This document shows, in pieces, positions 39,548 to 39,673 of a stretch of 39,673 bases of DNA. The position numbers and the translations under genes are program-made. The DNA is taken from assembly GCA_036374115.1 (NCBI GenBank), contig DASUUL010000177.1, positions 1 through 39,673 of the forward strand, in the 5' to 3' direction. Numbering within the stretch: position 1 is the first letter of the stretch; each line of letters opens with the position of its first letter. Below the pieces are notes generated by a model. It was not told where the DNA came from, searched no databases, and saw only the letters and a program-made list of their open reading frames with translations. This DNA is from Acidimicrobiia bacterium (GTDB taxonomy: Bacteria; Actinomycetota; Acidimicrobiia; IMCC26256; JACDBD01).

Positions 39548-39673
39548 TGTTCACGGGCATCGTGGAGGAGCAGGGGAGGGTCCGCCGGGTCGACCGGCGC
39601 GAGGGTGGCGCCCGGCTCGAGTTCGAAGCGGACGCCGTGCTCGCCGACGTCGAGCCGGGCGCGTCCATCGCGG
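39547..39673 (+). CDS. ribE: Riboflavin synthase alpha chain (3'-partial, runs off the window)
   Basis: The ATG shares one nt with the ribD stop (TGATG). MFTGIVEEQGRV...EPGASIA matches the riboflavin synthase N-terminus. Confidence 0.85.
   Translation, partial: MFTGIVEEQGRVRRVDRREGGARLEFEADAVLADVEPGASIA

Overview
Very GC-rich chromosomal core segment (third codon positions almost all G/C) with Actinomycetota-type gene order. It is almost entirely coding: I call 42 CDS, 39 on the + strand and 3 on the - strand. Order: DUF559 nuclease (5'-partial) | rarA, small membrane protein | alaS-ruvX-mltG-aroE-prepilin peptidase | aroC-aroK-aroB-aroQ-pepQ-efp-nusB-clpS-DUF2017 | a lipid-type accessory block (WS/DGAT; two SAM methyltransferases and an F420-type oxidoreductase on the minus strand; tesB) | pyrR-pyrB-pyrC-carA-carB-pyrD-pyrF | mihF-gmk-rpoZ-coaBC-metK-priA | def-fmt-rsmB-rpe-REC::MogA | FMN riboswitch-ribD-ribE (3'-partial). 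RNA elements seen are a PyrR-binding loop ahead of pyrR and an FMN (RFN) riboswitch ahead of ribD. I found no tRNA, rRNA, CRISPR array, IS element or prophage. Most of the window is ordinary housekeeping DNA. The most unusual item is a single ORF fusing a complete phospho-receiver domain to a MogA/MoaB molybdenum-cofactor domain (37224-38102), with no kinase or other Moco genes nearby. Other points worth a second look: gmk and priA encode conserved N-terminal motifs upstream of any ATG/GTG/TTG; a recurring TANNNT -10 hexamer sits 6-8 nt before the start codons of alaS, the FDOR gene, tesB, def and rpe, which suggests leaderless mRNAs; a class-1 pyrD abuts carB with no pyrK; and a minus-strand methyltransferase/FDOR trio bracketed by WS/DGAT and tesB sits between two conserved blocks. 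All functional calls rest on motifs I recognise in the supplied translations. No database search was run, and start codons are uncertain by a few codons in several genes.
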